Source of the DNA: Candidatus Aenigmatarchaeota archaeon
Lineage (GTDB): Archaea; Aenigmatarchaeota; Aenigmatarchaeia; Aenigmatarchaeales; Aenigmatarchaeaceae
DNA length: 64,000 bases
Assembly: GCA_043802485.1 (NCBI GenBank)
Contig: JAZDKZ010000005.1
Location: 1 to 64,000 of the forward strand
Reading direction: 5' to 3'
The notes beneath the pieces are model-generated. The model searched no databases and was not told the origin of the DNA. It saw nothing but the letters and a program-made list of their open reading frames with translations. Shown here in pieces: positions 27,905 to 37,829 of the stretch (position 1 is the first letter of the stretch; every line of letters begins with the position of its first letter). The position numbers and the translations under genes are program-made.

Positions 27905-28792
27905 ATGGAAAAAGAAATAGAAGAAAAATACTTGAAAGCCGGCAAGATAGCCAGGCAAGTTAGGGATTATGCCTGCGAGCTTGTGCAGCCCGGTGCATTC
28001 GTCGTCGACATCGCAGAGAAGGCAGAACAAAGAGTTAGGATGCTCGGCGGCGAGATTGCCTTCCCGATTAACATTTCCATAAACGACATGGCTGCCCATT
28101 ATCATCCCGAACAAAATGACCAGACATCCATCAAGGAAGAGGACTATGTCAAGATAGACGTCGGCATCCATGTTGACGGCTACATAGGAGACACTGCAAG
28201 GACTGTAAGGATAGCAGGCAAGGACGATTTGATAATATGTTCTGAGAAGATGCTTGAGGTTGCGATAGCATTGGCAAAGCCTGGAACCACTATCGGCGAT
28301 TTAGGTGAGGCAATCGAGAACGTTGCCAAGGAGTTCGGCTTCAATTCTGTGAGGAACCTAACAGGCCACAGCCTCGGAAGGCTTGACGTCCATGCTGGCC
28401 TGATAGTACCCAACATAAAGAACGACTCACAGTATCAACTGAGGGAAGACGAGGTGATAGCAATAGAGCCGTTCTGCACTGCCGGCAGCGGCATTGTGAA
28501 GGATTCAGGCAAGCCGCTGATACTGAGGTGGATAATCGACAGGCCTACCAGATTGCCTGAGGCAAGGAAGATTCTGGAAATGGCAAGGAACGATTTCCAG
28601 AGGCTGCCTTTTGCCAAAAGGTGGCTGCAGAAAAAATTCTCGCCGCTGAAGGTTGAACTGAGCCTCAAGGAGCTGCTGAACTCCAACGCTCTTTATGGCT
28701 ACGAGCCTTTGAGGGAAGTATCTGGCAAGCCTGTGGCGCAGGCTGAACATACAGTGATTGTGAAAGAGAAGCCGCTTGTCACAACATATTAG
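27905..28792 (+). CDS. map: Methionine aminopeptidase type II
   Basis: AFPINISINDMAAHY, KIDVGIHVDGYIGD, NLTGH, AIEPF, AQAEHTV. Confidence 0.96.
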   Translation: MEKEIEEKYLKAGKIARQVRDYACELVQPGAFVVDIAEKAEQRVRMLGGEIAFPINISINDMAAHYHPEQNDQTSIKEEDYVKIDVGIHVDGYIGDTARTVRIAGKDDLIICSEKMLEVAIALAKPGTTIGDLGEAIENVAKEFGFNSVRNLTGHSLGRLDVHAGLIVPNIKNDSQYQLREDEVIAIEPFCTAGSGIVKDSGKPLILRWIIDRPTRLPEARKILEMARNDFQRLPFAKRWLQKKFSPLKVELSLKELLNSNALYGYEPLREVSGKPVAQAEHTVIVKEKPLVTTY

Positions 28793-28943
28793 CTATCGCC
28801 AACAGCACCTGCTTTAGAATCTGCTTGAATATGGCTATTATCGAAGTGGACAGGCTGACGAAAAAACCCGTCACGCTTGAAGGCATCTCGAATGCTACTG
28901 CCATGACAACTATTGCTAGAATTAAAATAGCAACCTTTCTCAT
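28779..28943 (-). CDS. Small membrane protein (54 aa), not in ORF track
   Basis: Manual translation MRKVAILILAIVVMAVAFEMPSSVTGFFVSLSTSIIAIFKQILKQVLLAIANML; fills the intergenic gap. Confidence 0.6.
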   Translation of the reverse strand: MRKVAILILAIVVMAVAFEMPSSVTGFFVSLSTSIIAIFKQILKQVLLAIANML

Positions 28944-28971
28944 AGAATATATTTGACTGGGACTGCTTTAA

Positions 28972-31107
28972 TTATTTTCTATTCTTCTTTATCTTCTTCT
29001 CGCTTTCCATTATGTTCTTCAGTTCCTTTATGTCCTTTGTTATCTCCGTCTCAAGGTCCTTGACCTTCTCCTCCTTGAGCTCCAAGGTCTTTGGCTTTGC
29101 CTTGTTTATTTTAGGCAGGTTGGCAGAAAACATTTTCTTTATGCCGCTCAGACCGCTCTTTGATTTTTTCCCGGATTTTGCACCGCCCATTTTCATCAGA
29201 TTCTGCGTCAGCATACCCCTCTTCATGAAGACTATCAGCGAAAGCGCAATGCCCAGAACAAGAATCATATAAGGGAAGTATTCCGAACTCATTGACAGCA
29301 GGCCTGTAGGCAGGGCCCATCCGCTCGTCTCGTTGCCATTATCAGAAAGGACCTCCAACTCGGCATCTTCACTGGTAACAGCAGCGACCACAACCTCCTC
29401 CGCCGTATTGTTTGAGCTGACTGTCAGGGTTACTATGGTTTCCCTGGTAAGGCTTGCCCCTGAGAAAAGGTTCTTTCCAAGGGCCTTTACCTTTATGCTG
29501 TAAGTGTCTGCCGTGGCATTTGCAGGAATGTTAAGCGTCATCTTGACTTTTTCCGTTGTGCCATCCTTTAATCTCGATATCATTGTTTTGTCAAGAGCAT
29601 ACCAACCAGAGTCGATGCCTGAAACTGTTATGCTGGTTACGTTTATGTCGTTTTCATAGGTGTTGATTAAGGAGAATGATATTACCTTGCTCGAGCCTGC
29701 ATCCATTGTTATCGTAGATTCGGACGCAGACAGGGTGAACTGGCCCTGGACTGAAGTTGTGTCGCTACTTGTATCAGCACCACCTAGCGTATCGCCACCA
29801 TCAAAAGTAGCAACAACAAGATTTTTAGAATCATAGCCAATAGAATAGTTCCTATTACCTACACTATTACAATTATAGGTAAATGTTCCTGTACTAGAAG
29901 GTACAACAAAAGAACATGAAACAGAATTATTTCCTGAACAAGTAGATATTCCTGAACCTGTTATATATAGAGTTAGATTATGTGCTGGAGAAACAGAACA
30001 TGTTGCAACAACATTACTCGACGGTGTTGTTGTATATGTATCAAGGCCTAAACTCACAACAACCACTATCCTATTTATCAAAAATGTCAATGAATCGGTT
30101 GATATTTCTATGCTGTTGTTATCAACAGCTATCCATCTGTAATCGTAACTACCGCCTCCCAAGTCAGTAAAGTTTATCCAATAAATATCACCACTCTGAT
30201 TAATGGTTATATTATTATAAGTTGTAGAATTATCAACTGTGTAATTTTGAGTCCCATTTATAAAATCTGCCTCAAAGATAACTTGAGAAACATTTCCTGT
30301 AATATCTATCTGGAAACCATAATTCCTTCCTTGTGTATAATTTGAACCTGAAGCTACACTTGTCTGATTATCAGACCAAATAATATTTGCAATATTAAAG
30401 AAATATGTCTTTGATCCATTGGTATAGTTTTCGTCACTATCATCCCAATATGAAGTAATGTAAAACGTTCCGATACTAGTCAGATTTATAGAATCTGTAA
30501 CAAAGGATGTGTTGTTGCTAAGAATAGTCCATCCAGTGTAATTAGAATCCAAATAAACTGTTTTATTAGGTAATAACAGATAAGATGAGAAGTTTACTGT
30601 TTGATTCAAGAAATATGTCTTGTTGCCTTCTTCGCCATTTAGTTTTAGTGTGACGTTTGTCGAATTTTGAGCTACCTCATAAATCCAGTATTCTCCATTA
30701 TTTGTAACATTAGAGTCATCTGTCTCGTCATTGGCATAAAATTTCCACACATAAGTTCCTACTGCTAAATCGCTTACGTTAAAATAATATACATCACTTT
30801 CGTTTGTAATTACTGTATCATTATGGGGAATCGTGTTTCCTGTAAAATTATGCTCTATAAGGACGAGATTGACTTGGTTTATAGCATCGGTCCAAGTCAC
30901 GTTAAACTGATAATTCTGTCCAGGAGAGTATTGAGACCCAGAAGTAACTGAAGTTGTATTATTAGACCATTGAGGTGTATTATCCATAAAACCGATATTG
31001 ACATCCATTCCTATCCCAAAACCATCTTCGGCAGCATACACTGTGAAAGAAAACACTGCCAAAAATAGGAAAACTGATAGAACCGCGGTAATGTTGTTGT
31101 TTTTCAT
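28972..31107 (-). CDS. Surface glycoprotein (signal peptide, Ig-like repeats, C-terminal TM, basic cytoplasmic tail)
   Basis: Many NxS/T sequons, duplicated module, PTGLLS before the TM. Confidence 0.85.
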   Translation of the reverse strand: MKNNNITAVLSVFLFLAVFSFTVYAAEDGFGIGMDVNIGFMDNTPQWSNNTTSVTSGSQYSPGQNYQFNVTWTDAINQVNLVLIEHNFTGNTIPHNDTVITNESDVYYFNVSDLAVGTYVWKFYANDETDDSNVTNNGEYWIYEVAQNSTNVTLKLNGEEGNKTYFLNQTVNFSSYLLLPNKTVYLDSNYTGWTILSNNTSFVTDSINLTSIGTFYITSYWDDSDENYTNGSKTYFFNIANIIWSDNQTSVASGSNYTQGRNYGFQIDITGNVSQVIFEADFINGTQNYTVDNSTTYNNITINQSGDIYWINFTDLGGGSYDYRWIAVDNNSIEISTDSLTFLINRIVVVVSLGLDTYTTTPSSNVVATCSVSPAHNLTLYITGSGISTCSGNNSVSCSFVVPSSTGTFTYNCNSVGNRNYSIGYDSKNLVVATFDGGDTLGGADTSSDTTSVQGQFTLSASESTITMDAGSSKVISFSLINTYENDINVTSITVSGIDSGWYALDKTMISRLKDGTTEKVKMTLNIPANATADTYSIKVKALGKNLFSGASLTRETIVTLTVSSNNTAEEVVVAAVTSEDAELEVLSDNGNETSGWALPTGLLSMSSEYFPYMILVLGIALSLIVFMKRGMLTQNLMKMGGAKSGKKSKSGLSGIKKMFSANLPKINKAKPKTLELKEEKVKDLETEITKDIKELKNIMESEKKIKKNRK

Positions 31108-31195
31108 AGGCTCACATTAAGGTTTTATTTGAAATCTATTTAAACCTATTAATTATAAGCATACTTATAAATATTTCTTTAGTCATAGAATCATT

Positions 31196-31414
31196 ATGCC
31201 TAGAAAAAGGTCCATTATAGCAGCTGCCCCAATGGCAGAAATCCTGAAGAGCGCAGGGGCAGAAAGGGTCTCAGAACCGGCCGCCCGAGCTCTGGCTGAA
31301 ATAGTCAAGGAATATACCTTCGAGCTGGCCAAGGATGCTGTCAAGTTCGCAAAGCACGCTGGTAGAAAGACTGTAAAAAGGGAAGATATAGAATTGGCCA
31401 GAAAAAGGGTTTAA
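31196..31414 (+). CDS. Archaeal histone (HMf-type)
   Basis: [16 protein letters not shown]...[17 protein letters not shown]. Confidence 0.93.
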   Translation: MPRKRSIIAAAPMAEILKSAGAERVSEPAARALAEIVKEYTFELAKDAVKFAKHAGRKTVKREDIELARKRV

Positions 31415-31415
31415 A

Positions 31416-31748
31416 ATGGGATTTTTTCATAAAAAATGGTCCTGGATTATTCTATTTTTGCTACTAATTCTTTTTCTAGCTTGGTCACCTTGGCTAACAA
31501 AAGGCTTTGCAGAACAAAGAGTTGTAGATGATTTTAATGAAAAATGGTACGGTGTGATGGACGGTTGTGGATTCAATTGTGATGGTTGTGGTGTCTATAG
31601 GTCAAATAAGATATTTTTTGGATATGAAGTAATTATTATGTACAGTTGTGGTATGACTTTGTCCCCAATTCCTGAATGGCAAGATAAAATGTTCGTGTCG
31701 TCTTTAGGAACTGTACACACTCAAAGTCATGAAACTAATTTGGACTGA
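31416..31748 (+). CDS. Membrane-anchored Cys-containing hypothetical protein
   Basis: N-terminal TM; DGCGFNCDGCG; AT-rich. Confidence 0.65.
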   Translation: MGFFHKKWSWIILFLLLILFLAWSPWLTKGFAEQRVVDDFNEKWYGVMDGCGFNCDGCGVYRSNKIFFGYEVIIMYSCGMTLSPIPEWQDKMFVSSLGTVHTQSHETNLD

Positions 31749-31750
31749 AA

Positions 31751-32248
31751 TCAACCAATGTACCTTGTACAGGACCTGTCAAAGCCCTTTACAAGCCTGA
31801 CCGGCTCTTCTATCTTCGGTGCGCCTTCTGGATAGACAAAATTAGGAAAGAACTTTCTAATGTCCTTTGATATCTCTGTTACGACGTTCTTCTCGCCAAA
31901 TATCTCCTTGCTTATCTCATACGCAAGCTCGCAGACATCATGCTCGTCGTAAATGCCAAGGCTGTGCAGATACTCGTGTAATAGAACGTGGAAGATGTAC
32001 GGGTTCAGCAGTTTCGAATCAGTCTCCTGTATCCTTTTCAGCGGCGTCTCGTTCATCACTATCATGTTTGAGCCTGTGACATAGTAGGCTCCCACAAAGC
32101 CTTGCGGCTGGTTGCCCATTTCCACAAGGCCGAGCTCCAAACCTGCACGGCTCCTCCTGAGGCTCTTCCAGACTGCGTCTTTCACAACCTCGAATATGTC
32201 AGGAATCGAAGTCGATTCGTTTATCTTGCAAATAAAATCTCTGTCCAT
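31751..32248 (-). CDS. Zincin-like HExxH metalloprotease ending in RYIG
   Basis: FVGAYY...IVMN...HVLLHEYLHSLG; start at MDRDF (32248). Confidence 0.8.
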   Translation of the reverse strand: MDRDFICKINESTSIPDIFEVVKDAVWKSLRRSRAGLELGLVEMGNQPQGFVGAYYVTGSNMIVMNETPLKRIQETDSKLLNPYIFHVLLHEYLHSLGIYDEHDVCELAYEISKEIFGEKNVVTEISKDIRKFFPNFVYPEGAPKIEEPVRLVKGFDRSCTRYIG

Positions 32249-32270
32249 AAATCTAACCAATGTACCTTGT
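31753..32270 (+). repeat. Exact 16-bp direct repeat aaccaatgtaccttgt (31753-31768, 32255-32270) flanking the zincin gene
   Basis: Read directly; both copies encode TRYIG on the minus strand; 10-nt core atgtaccttg recurs at the cdc48 3' end. Confidence 0.9.
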
Positions 32271-32591
32271 GTTCTCAACGTCTTTGTATTTCTTCTTCAC
32301 AGCTTCTGCCTTGGGAAGCGCGATCTTCCCGAACTTTTTCTCATAGTTCTTGACGTTCTTCTGCAGGATGTCCGCAAAGGACTTGGCAAACTGCGGGTCC
32401 AGTATCACCGTGTTGTGCTTTATGGTGAAGGTCTGCTGCATCTTGCCGTTTATGTTGTCCAATCTCGGAACTGTTTGGGAAAAGTCTATGATGAACTTGT
32501 TCGGATTGTGCAGCACCGAGACGTTGTCAGTGAAGAACGCGTCATTGTTGTGATCGATTTTTAGATTAACTCTTTCTTGTTTTTCAGCCAT
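32253..32591 (-). CDS. DUF3467-family protein ending in RYIG
   Basis: FFTDNVSVLHNPNKFIIDFSQTVP...VILDPQFAKSF...NVKNYEKKFGKI. Confidence 0.85.
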   Translation of the reverse strand: MAEKQERVNLKIDHNNDAFFTDNVSVLHNPNKFIIDFSQTVPRLDNINGKMQQTFTIKHNTVILDPQFAKSFADILQKNVKNYEKKFGKIALPKAEAVKKKYKDVENTRYIG

Positions 32592-32601
32592 TATTATCAC
32601 C

Positions 32602-35600
32602 TTATCCTATGTACCTTGCCTGATCGTCCATCTCTGTCTTCTTCAGGTTCTCGACAGCCTTTTTGTATTTGCACGCCGGGTCCTCAGTTATTGAAGGCTT
32701 TATTCTTTTTAAAGCTTTTTCAAAGTGCTTTGAGGCAACTTCCTTTGCATTCTTGTTCTCCCTCAAAGCGAACAGGGCTGCTTCCCTGACCAGAGCCTCG
32801 ATGTCAGCTCCTGAGAACTTGTCAGTCTCCTTGGCAATCTTACCTAGGTTGACGCCTTTCAGCGGCATGTTCTTTGTGTGTATCTTCAGTATGTCTTCCC
32901 TAGTCTTTTCATCCGGAGCAGGAACATATATCAGCCTGTCGAACCTGCCTGGCCTTAGCAATGCCGAGTCCAGTATGTCCGGTCGGTTGGTTGTCGCGAT
33001 GACAGAGACTCCTTCCATGTCCTCTATCCCTGACATCTCTGTCAGTAGTTGTGAAACCACCTGCTCGGTCACATGCGAACCAGATGACATGCCCCTCTTA
33101 GGAGCCAGCGAGTCTATCTCGTCAAACAAAATTATGGCCGGAGCGACCTGCTTGGCCCTTCTGAAGACGTCCCTGACATGCTGCTCGGATTCTCCGACCC
33201 ACTTGGAGTTGTGCAATAACATTGGTATGTTACCGCCAATAAAAGAGTGATGCTCCGTTTCAACATCATACATAATTTGCGCTTTTGTTTTGGCTTTCTT
33301 TACAACAGTCGTCCATAAGAAATCACCCTTTGCAATCATTTGTAAAGTTTTGAAATCTTTGTTTTGTTTTATTTCATCGGAAACTTGTTTTTCGAATATC
33401 CGCATAATCCTCTGCAATCTCAGCAACCCTATTTTTCTCCTTCCCGAAATCACATGCTCAAACGAACCATCAGGAATCTCTTTATCATATGTTAATCCAG
33501 ATAGTTGTTTGATTTTTTTCAAAAGTGAAGCAACAGGTGGTATTTCATATTGTCCATTATATTCGTCTCTAACCTCACTATTGTCGTCAGTACCTAAAAC
33601 TAGACTCTTAAATTTATGAAGTTCAAGTGCTCCTGATATTGTCAACATATACATGTCGTCTTTTCTTTTCCAGAACTTTGTTTTAATGCCTAAAATTGTA
33701 GTCAGATATGCAATCCCCTCTGTAAGTGACTTGGATTTTGAGCTGTATTCTATCTTGGTTTGGGAAATTGAACCGTCGCCTCTATACACTGCTTTGAGGA
33801 AAGAGGTTATTACATCTTTTGTTGATTTGGCGATTATTGAAGGGCATTTTATATTATGTGATTTCTTCTCGCCAAGGGGTTGGTCTAAAAGTTGTTCTAA
33901 ATATTTAACCAGCGGCATGGAATAAACGATAATTCTATCTTTGTATACTGTAATTCTGCTTCCATCAACAAACTGCTTAAACAGCTTGATAATCTCATTT
34001 TGGTTTGCTTTATTGTAATTGCAGATTGTGACAGCTTCTTCAGAGACATTGCCTTCAGAGACAAACCATCCTAAGAATGCAGCTAGATTTTTTGTCAAGT
34101 ATTTTGGCAGGCGTGTTGTTGTGTTTGTTGAAAATATCTTTACATAATATGCATCGTTGTCCTCCTTGACGAGTCTTAGGTGCTCGTACTTTGGCAGAGG
34201 AATCTGAACTACCTTATCAAGCGTATCCAATCTACAGGGATAAGAAACGTAATCCCCTTCCTTGATTTCAGACATCTTGATCCATTGGACATATCCATTT
34301 CTATAAACAAGTAATGGTTGGTTTGCTGAACCTGTTAATTCTGAGTTGTTTTTCAATTCAATATGGTATGCATCTTTCACGAAAAGCTTGTGCATCGTCT
34401 TTACCTGCGTCTTGACAGCTTCTCCGTTATCACCAATTGCAAACGTATAAACAGGCTGAGTTAGTTTTCTGACCTCATAATTTTCATTTTTCTCAATAAG
34501 CTTTGAAATTGGTGTAATATTTTCATAAAACCTTTCAATTGGAATTGTACCACAATGATTTGTCAAAATCTTTGTGTCTGGAGAAACACACAACAACTCA
34601 GGTCCCTTTATTGAAATGAAGTTCACCCCTGCCTCGTTCGCTAGTGCTTTCACAACATAAGTCTTGCCGCATCCTGCCGGACCGTACAATAAAATTCCTC
34701 TGGGCGGCCTGATGCCCACTCGTTTGAAGCTCTCTGGATTTTCCAAAGGCCATATGACAGACTCCTTCAATGCCTCCTTGACATCGTCCAGTCCTCCCAC
34801 TTCATCCCATTTTACCTTCGGGATCTCGATGAGGACTTCCCTCATGGCAGACGGCTGGACTATTCTAAGCGCATAGTCGAAATCATCTGCCTTTACCTTG
34901 AGCTTTTCTAAAACATCTTTCGGTATGGGCTCGTCCTCTTTCAGTGTGGAGATGGTCGGTATCACCCTTCTCAGGGCATGCATTGCAGCCTCCTTTGCAA
35001 GACCGGCAATGTCAGCACCTACGTAACCATACGTTACTTCGGCCAATTTGTCAAGGTCAACGCCCTTTTCCAAAGGCATGTAACGGCTGTGTATCTGCAG
35101 TATCTCCTTCCTGCCCTTTTTATTCGGTACAGGAATCTCTATCTCCCTGTCAAACCTTCCTGACCTTCTCAGGGCAGGGTCCAAGGCGTTGACGCGGTTC
35201 GTTGCTGCTATGACGATGACTCTTCCTCTGGACTTTAGACCGTCCATCAGTGTCAGCAGTTGGGAAACAGTCCTTCTCTCAACCTCGCCTGTAACCTGCT
35301 CCCTGTTCGGAGCTATCGCGTCAATCTCATCAATGAAAATAATGCTTGGCGCTGACTTTTCAGCCTCGTCGAAAACCTTTCTCAGGTTCTGCTCTGTCTG
35401 GCCGTACCATTTGGAAAATATCTCAGGGCCTGCCAGTGAGATGAAATGAGCTCCCGACTCGTTGGCAACAGCCTTTGCTATCAGAGTTTTTCCAGTTCCG
35501 GGCGGGCCGTGCAGCAGAACTCCTTTCGGCGGCTCGATGCCCAACCTTTCAAACACCTCAGGCCTTCTCAGCGGCACCTCAATCATCTCCCTTATCTTGG

Positions 35601-36246
35601 GAACTATCTCGCCCAAACCGCCAATGTCCTCATAAGTAACTGTAGGCATTTTCTCCTCTGATATCTCGACAGCCTCCGGCAGCATCTCGACCTCGGTCAT
35701 CTCAGTTATCTTCGTGATGCCGTCAGGACTGGTCTTGACTACTACAAGACGCATCTCTGTTCCCATGGGCAGGAAAACCTCCTGTATGTCTATGCCAAAG
35801 AACTGCGAAAAGACGTCGTCGCCTCTAGATTTTGTCTTGAACACAGGAGACGTGGTTATGATGTCACCCTTTGCCATGGGTCGCATGAAAAGATTCTGCT
35901 TAATCAAATTAGGCGAGATGTGCAGCATGATTCCCTGCTGCGCAGGAGCCAATGTAACCTTCTTGGCCTCCTTTGCTTCAGCCTTCCTGACAGTGACAAA
36001 CTCGCCTATGGTAGCGTTACAGTTCTTCCTTACCAGTCCATCCACTCTTAATATGTTAAGCCCTATGTCAGCAGGATAGCTTCTTATCGCGACGACTCCT
36101 GTCTTTCTCTTGCCCTCTATCTCGAGAATTTCGCCTTCATTTACTCCCAGCTTCTTCATTATTTTCGAATCAATCCTGGCAATGCCCCTTCCGAAATCCT
36201 CCCTGCCTGTAAGCTCCCCAACTTTTAGTTTTATATCATCAGCCAT
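32602..36246 (-). CDS. cdc48: Cdc48/VCP AAA+ ATPase (intein-containing precursor), ending in RYIG
   Basis: N domain, D1 [16 protein letters not shown]2 [14 protein letters not shown]; ~753 aa after intein removal. Confidence 0.97.
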   Translation of the reverse strand: MADDIKLKVGELTGREDFGRGIARIDSKIMKKLGVNEGEILEIEGKRKTGVVAIRSYPADIGLNILRVDGLVRKNCNATIGEFVTVRKAEAKEAKKVTLAPAQQGIMLHISPNLIKQNLFMRPMAKGDIITTSPVFKTKSRGDDVFSQFFGIDIQEVFLPMGTEMRLVVVKTSPDGITKITEMTEVEMLPEAVEISEEKMPTVTYEDIGGLGEIVPKIREMIEVPLRRPEVFERLGIEPPKGVLLHGPPGTGKTLIAKAVANESGAHFISLAGPEIFSKWYGQTEQNLRKVFDEAEKSAPSIIFIDEIDAIAPNREQVTGEVERRTVSQLLTLMDGLKSRGRVIVIAATNRVNALDPALRRSGRFDREIEIPVPNKKGRKEILQIHSRYMPLEKGVDLDKLAEVTYGYVGADIAGLAKEAAMHALRRVIPTISTLKEDEPIPKDVLEKLKVKADDFDYALRIVQPSAMREVLIEIPKVKWDEVGGLDDVKEALKESVIWPLENPESFKRVGIRPPRGILLYGPAGCGKTYVVKALANEAGVNFISIKGPELLCVSPDTKILTNHCGTIPIERFYENITPISKLIEKNENYEVRKLTQPVYTFAIGDNGEAVKTQVKTMHKLFVKDAYHIELKNNSELTGSANQPLLVYRNGYVQWIKMSEIKEGDYVSYPCRLDTLDKVVQIPLPKYEHLRLVKEDNDAYYVKIFSTNTTTRLPKYLTKNLAAFLGWFVSEGNVSEEAVTICNYNKANQNEIIKLFKQFVDGSRITVYKDRIIVYSMPLVKYLEQLLDQPLGEKKSHNIKCPSIIAKSTKDVITSFLKAVYRGDGSISQTKIEYSSKSKSLTEGIAYLTTILGIKTKFWKRKDDMYMLTISGALELHKFKSLVLGTDDNSEVRDEYNGQYEIPPVASLLKKIKQLSGLTYDKEIPDGSFEHVISGRRKIGLLRLQRIMRIFEKQVSDEIKQNKDFKTLQMIAKGDFLWTTVVKKAKTKAQIMYDVETEHHSFIGGNIPMLLHNSKWVGESEQHVRDVFRRAKQVAPAIILFDEIDSLAPKRGMSSGSHVTEQVVSQLLTEMSGIEDMEGVSVIATTNRPDILDSALLRPGRFDRLIYVPAPDEKTREDILKIHTKNMPLKGVNLGKIAKETDKFSGADIEALVREAALFALRENKNAKEVASKHFEKALKRIKPSITEDPACKYKKAVENLKKTEMDDQARYIG
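33208..34590 (-). mobile_element. Intein (461 aa) with LAGLIDADG endonuclease in Cdc48 D2
   Basis: [12 protein letters not shown]...MYDVET...[21 protein letters not shown] and [10 protein letters not shown] motifs; AT-richer than exteins. Confidence 0.95.
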
Positions 36247-36256
36247 AAAATCACCC

Positions 36257-36598
36257 TTATTGTTTTAACTCCTCTTCCTCCTTTTTATCTAGCAGAACGG
36301 GAAATGTCTTCAGCTCTACCTTGTCATCCCATTCGTCGAAAAAGCTCATCATCCTCTTCATGTGCTCCATGGCAACTATGAAGACCGAATCAGCAACTTT
36401 AATATGAGGAATTTCCTCTAATAAACCTTCCTTCTGATAAACATACCTCTTGGAATGCCTGAAAACGACCTGCCTCCTGCCGTGCAGCTGCCAGTAAAAT
36501 CGGTTCCTTTCCGATGCAGAGTCAAACTTTTCCTTGACCGTGTCAAAGCTTATCAGGACAGCCGTCTTGCCATCTGTCTTCTTTATCTCAATCCTCAT
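36257..36598 (-). CDS. Cas2/VapD/PaaX-like ferredoxin-fold protein, first gene of the cdc48 operon
   Basis: VLISFDT...ERNRFY..L.G...[16 protein letters not shown]; 10 nt from the cdc48 start. Confidence 0.55.
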   Translation of the reverse strand: MRIEIKKTDGKTAVLISFDTVKEKFDSASERNRFYWQLHGRRQVVFRHSKRYVYQKEGLLEEIPHIKVADSVFIVAMEHMKRMMSFFDEWDDKVELKTFPVLLDKKEEEELKQ

Positions 36599-36668
36599 AG
36601 TTAGTATATATGTATATCTAAAATATATAAAGATAACTGTTTAAATTTTTTCATCTTCCGTTATTAGT

Positions 36669-37118
36669 ATGAAAAAATATGGGGCGTCTTATAGCACACT
36701 GCCAAAAAACGATAGAAACAGGCTGGAACTGATAGACGCTGCCGAATATCTAAAGGGCCTTTTTGACGGCATTGAGAGAAAGGAGGTCCTATGGGTAGAT
36801 GCAAGTGATAAAGATTTCTGTAGATATTTGAAGGGGAATTCGCAAGGCGAGAAGGTTAGGATAATTGGCGGCTACAAATACGGCTCTGGACAGAACAAAA
36901 TGATTATGAAGAGTCTTGTCGTGTTAGCAGAGAACAACGGCCTTCGAAAAGCAATGCATGGGGAAGATTTCAAATTTATGGTTTCAGCAAACGAGTCATT
37001 TGACAGAAGTAATGTTAACTTTTGGCTTAAAGGCAAAAGCGCTAAAAAAATACTTGAAATAAACAATATGACCAATAAAGTAAAGCTGAGATATCCTATA
37101 ACAGGGGTTCTGAAGTAG
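36669..37118 (+). CDS. Hypothetical protein
   Basis: 149-aa ORF, no recognised motif. Confidence 0.6.
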   Translation: MKKYGASYSTLPKNDRNRLELIDAAEYLKGLFDGIERKEVLWVDASDKDFCRYLKGNSQGEKVRIIGGYKYGSGQNKMIMKSLVVLAENNGLRKAMHGEDFKFMVSANESFDRSNVNFWLKGKSAKKILEINNMTNKVKLRYPITGVLK

Positions 37119-37151
37119 TAATAAATTTTTAACATTGCAATATTGATTAAT

Positions 37152-37829
37152 ATGAAAAACATTTCTTTAGAGATCAAAAGGGGGAACATAGCGTACCAGA
37201 ATGTGGATTCGTCTATCAATTCTTCTAACGGTTATTGTATACACGGCTCTGGAACCGCAAAACAATTTAGAGAGGTATGTGGTTATCTGCCCGTAGGTGA
37301 TACGTCTTACCAGAGCTTGGTCGACAAGGCAAAACATCCCTTGGATAAAGTTTTAGCTTATGTCAACAATGTAAGGCCAAGACCGTCCGTATTTCAGAAA
37401 GAATGCCTTGAACACATAATAGATGTTAGAGATTCCAAGCCTCTGGAATTAGGTGATGCACTTGTCACGTCCAGCGGAGACCTGGCAAAAGTACCGAAAA
37501 AGGCAAAATATATTATCAACGCAATAGGTATGGATTATAGCTGGGAAAAAGAACCGCCTGCTGTAATCAAGGCAACACACAATTCTGTCAGGGACTCGCT
37601 GATAAAGTGTTTTGACATAGCAAACAGAAAAAAGTGCAAAAGCGTTGCAATGCCCATAATGTGCACGTCGAAAGGCGGGATGAGCCTAGAAGAAAGCCTT
37701 TACGCTTCAAATGAAGCTTTGCAAGCACTGGATATGACAACCAGCTATGTCACAAAGGTTGTAATAGTTCTCCACAGCAAGGAGCTGTTAAAGGAAGAGA
37801 AAGTAATCAGGGATTTTTTCAAGTTATAG
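37152..37829 (+). CDS. Macro-domain protein (divergent)
   Basis: GNIAYQNVDSSINSSN...HGSGTA, GDALVTSSGDL, KYIINAIG, SVAMPIMCTSKGG. Confidence 0.8.
   Translation: MKNISLEIKRGNIAYQNVDSSINSSNGYCIHGSGTAKQFREVCGYLPVGDTSYQSLVDKAKHPLDKVLAYVNNVRPRPSVFQKECLEHIIDVRDSKPLELGDALVTSSGDLAKVPKKAKYIINAIGMDYSWEKEPPAVIKATHNSVRDSLIKCFDIANRKKCKSVAMPIMCTSKGGMSLEESLYASNEALQALDMTTSYVTKVVIVLHSKELLKEEKVIRDFFKL

Noticed and set aside
36257..36668. CRISPR-Cas locus
   Set aside because: No repeat-spacer array or other cas genes seen
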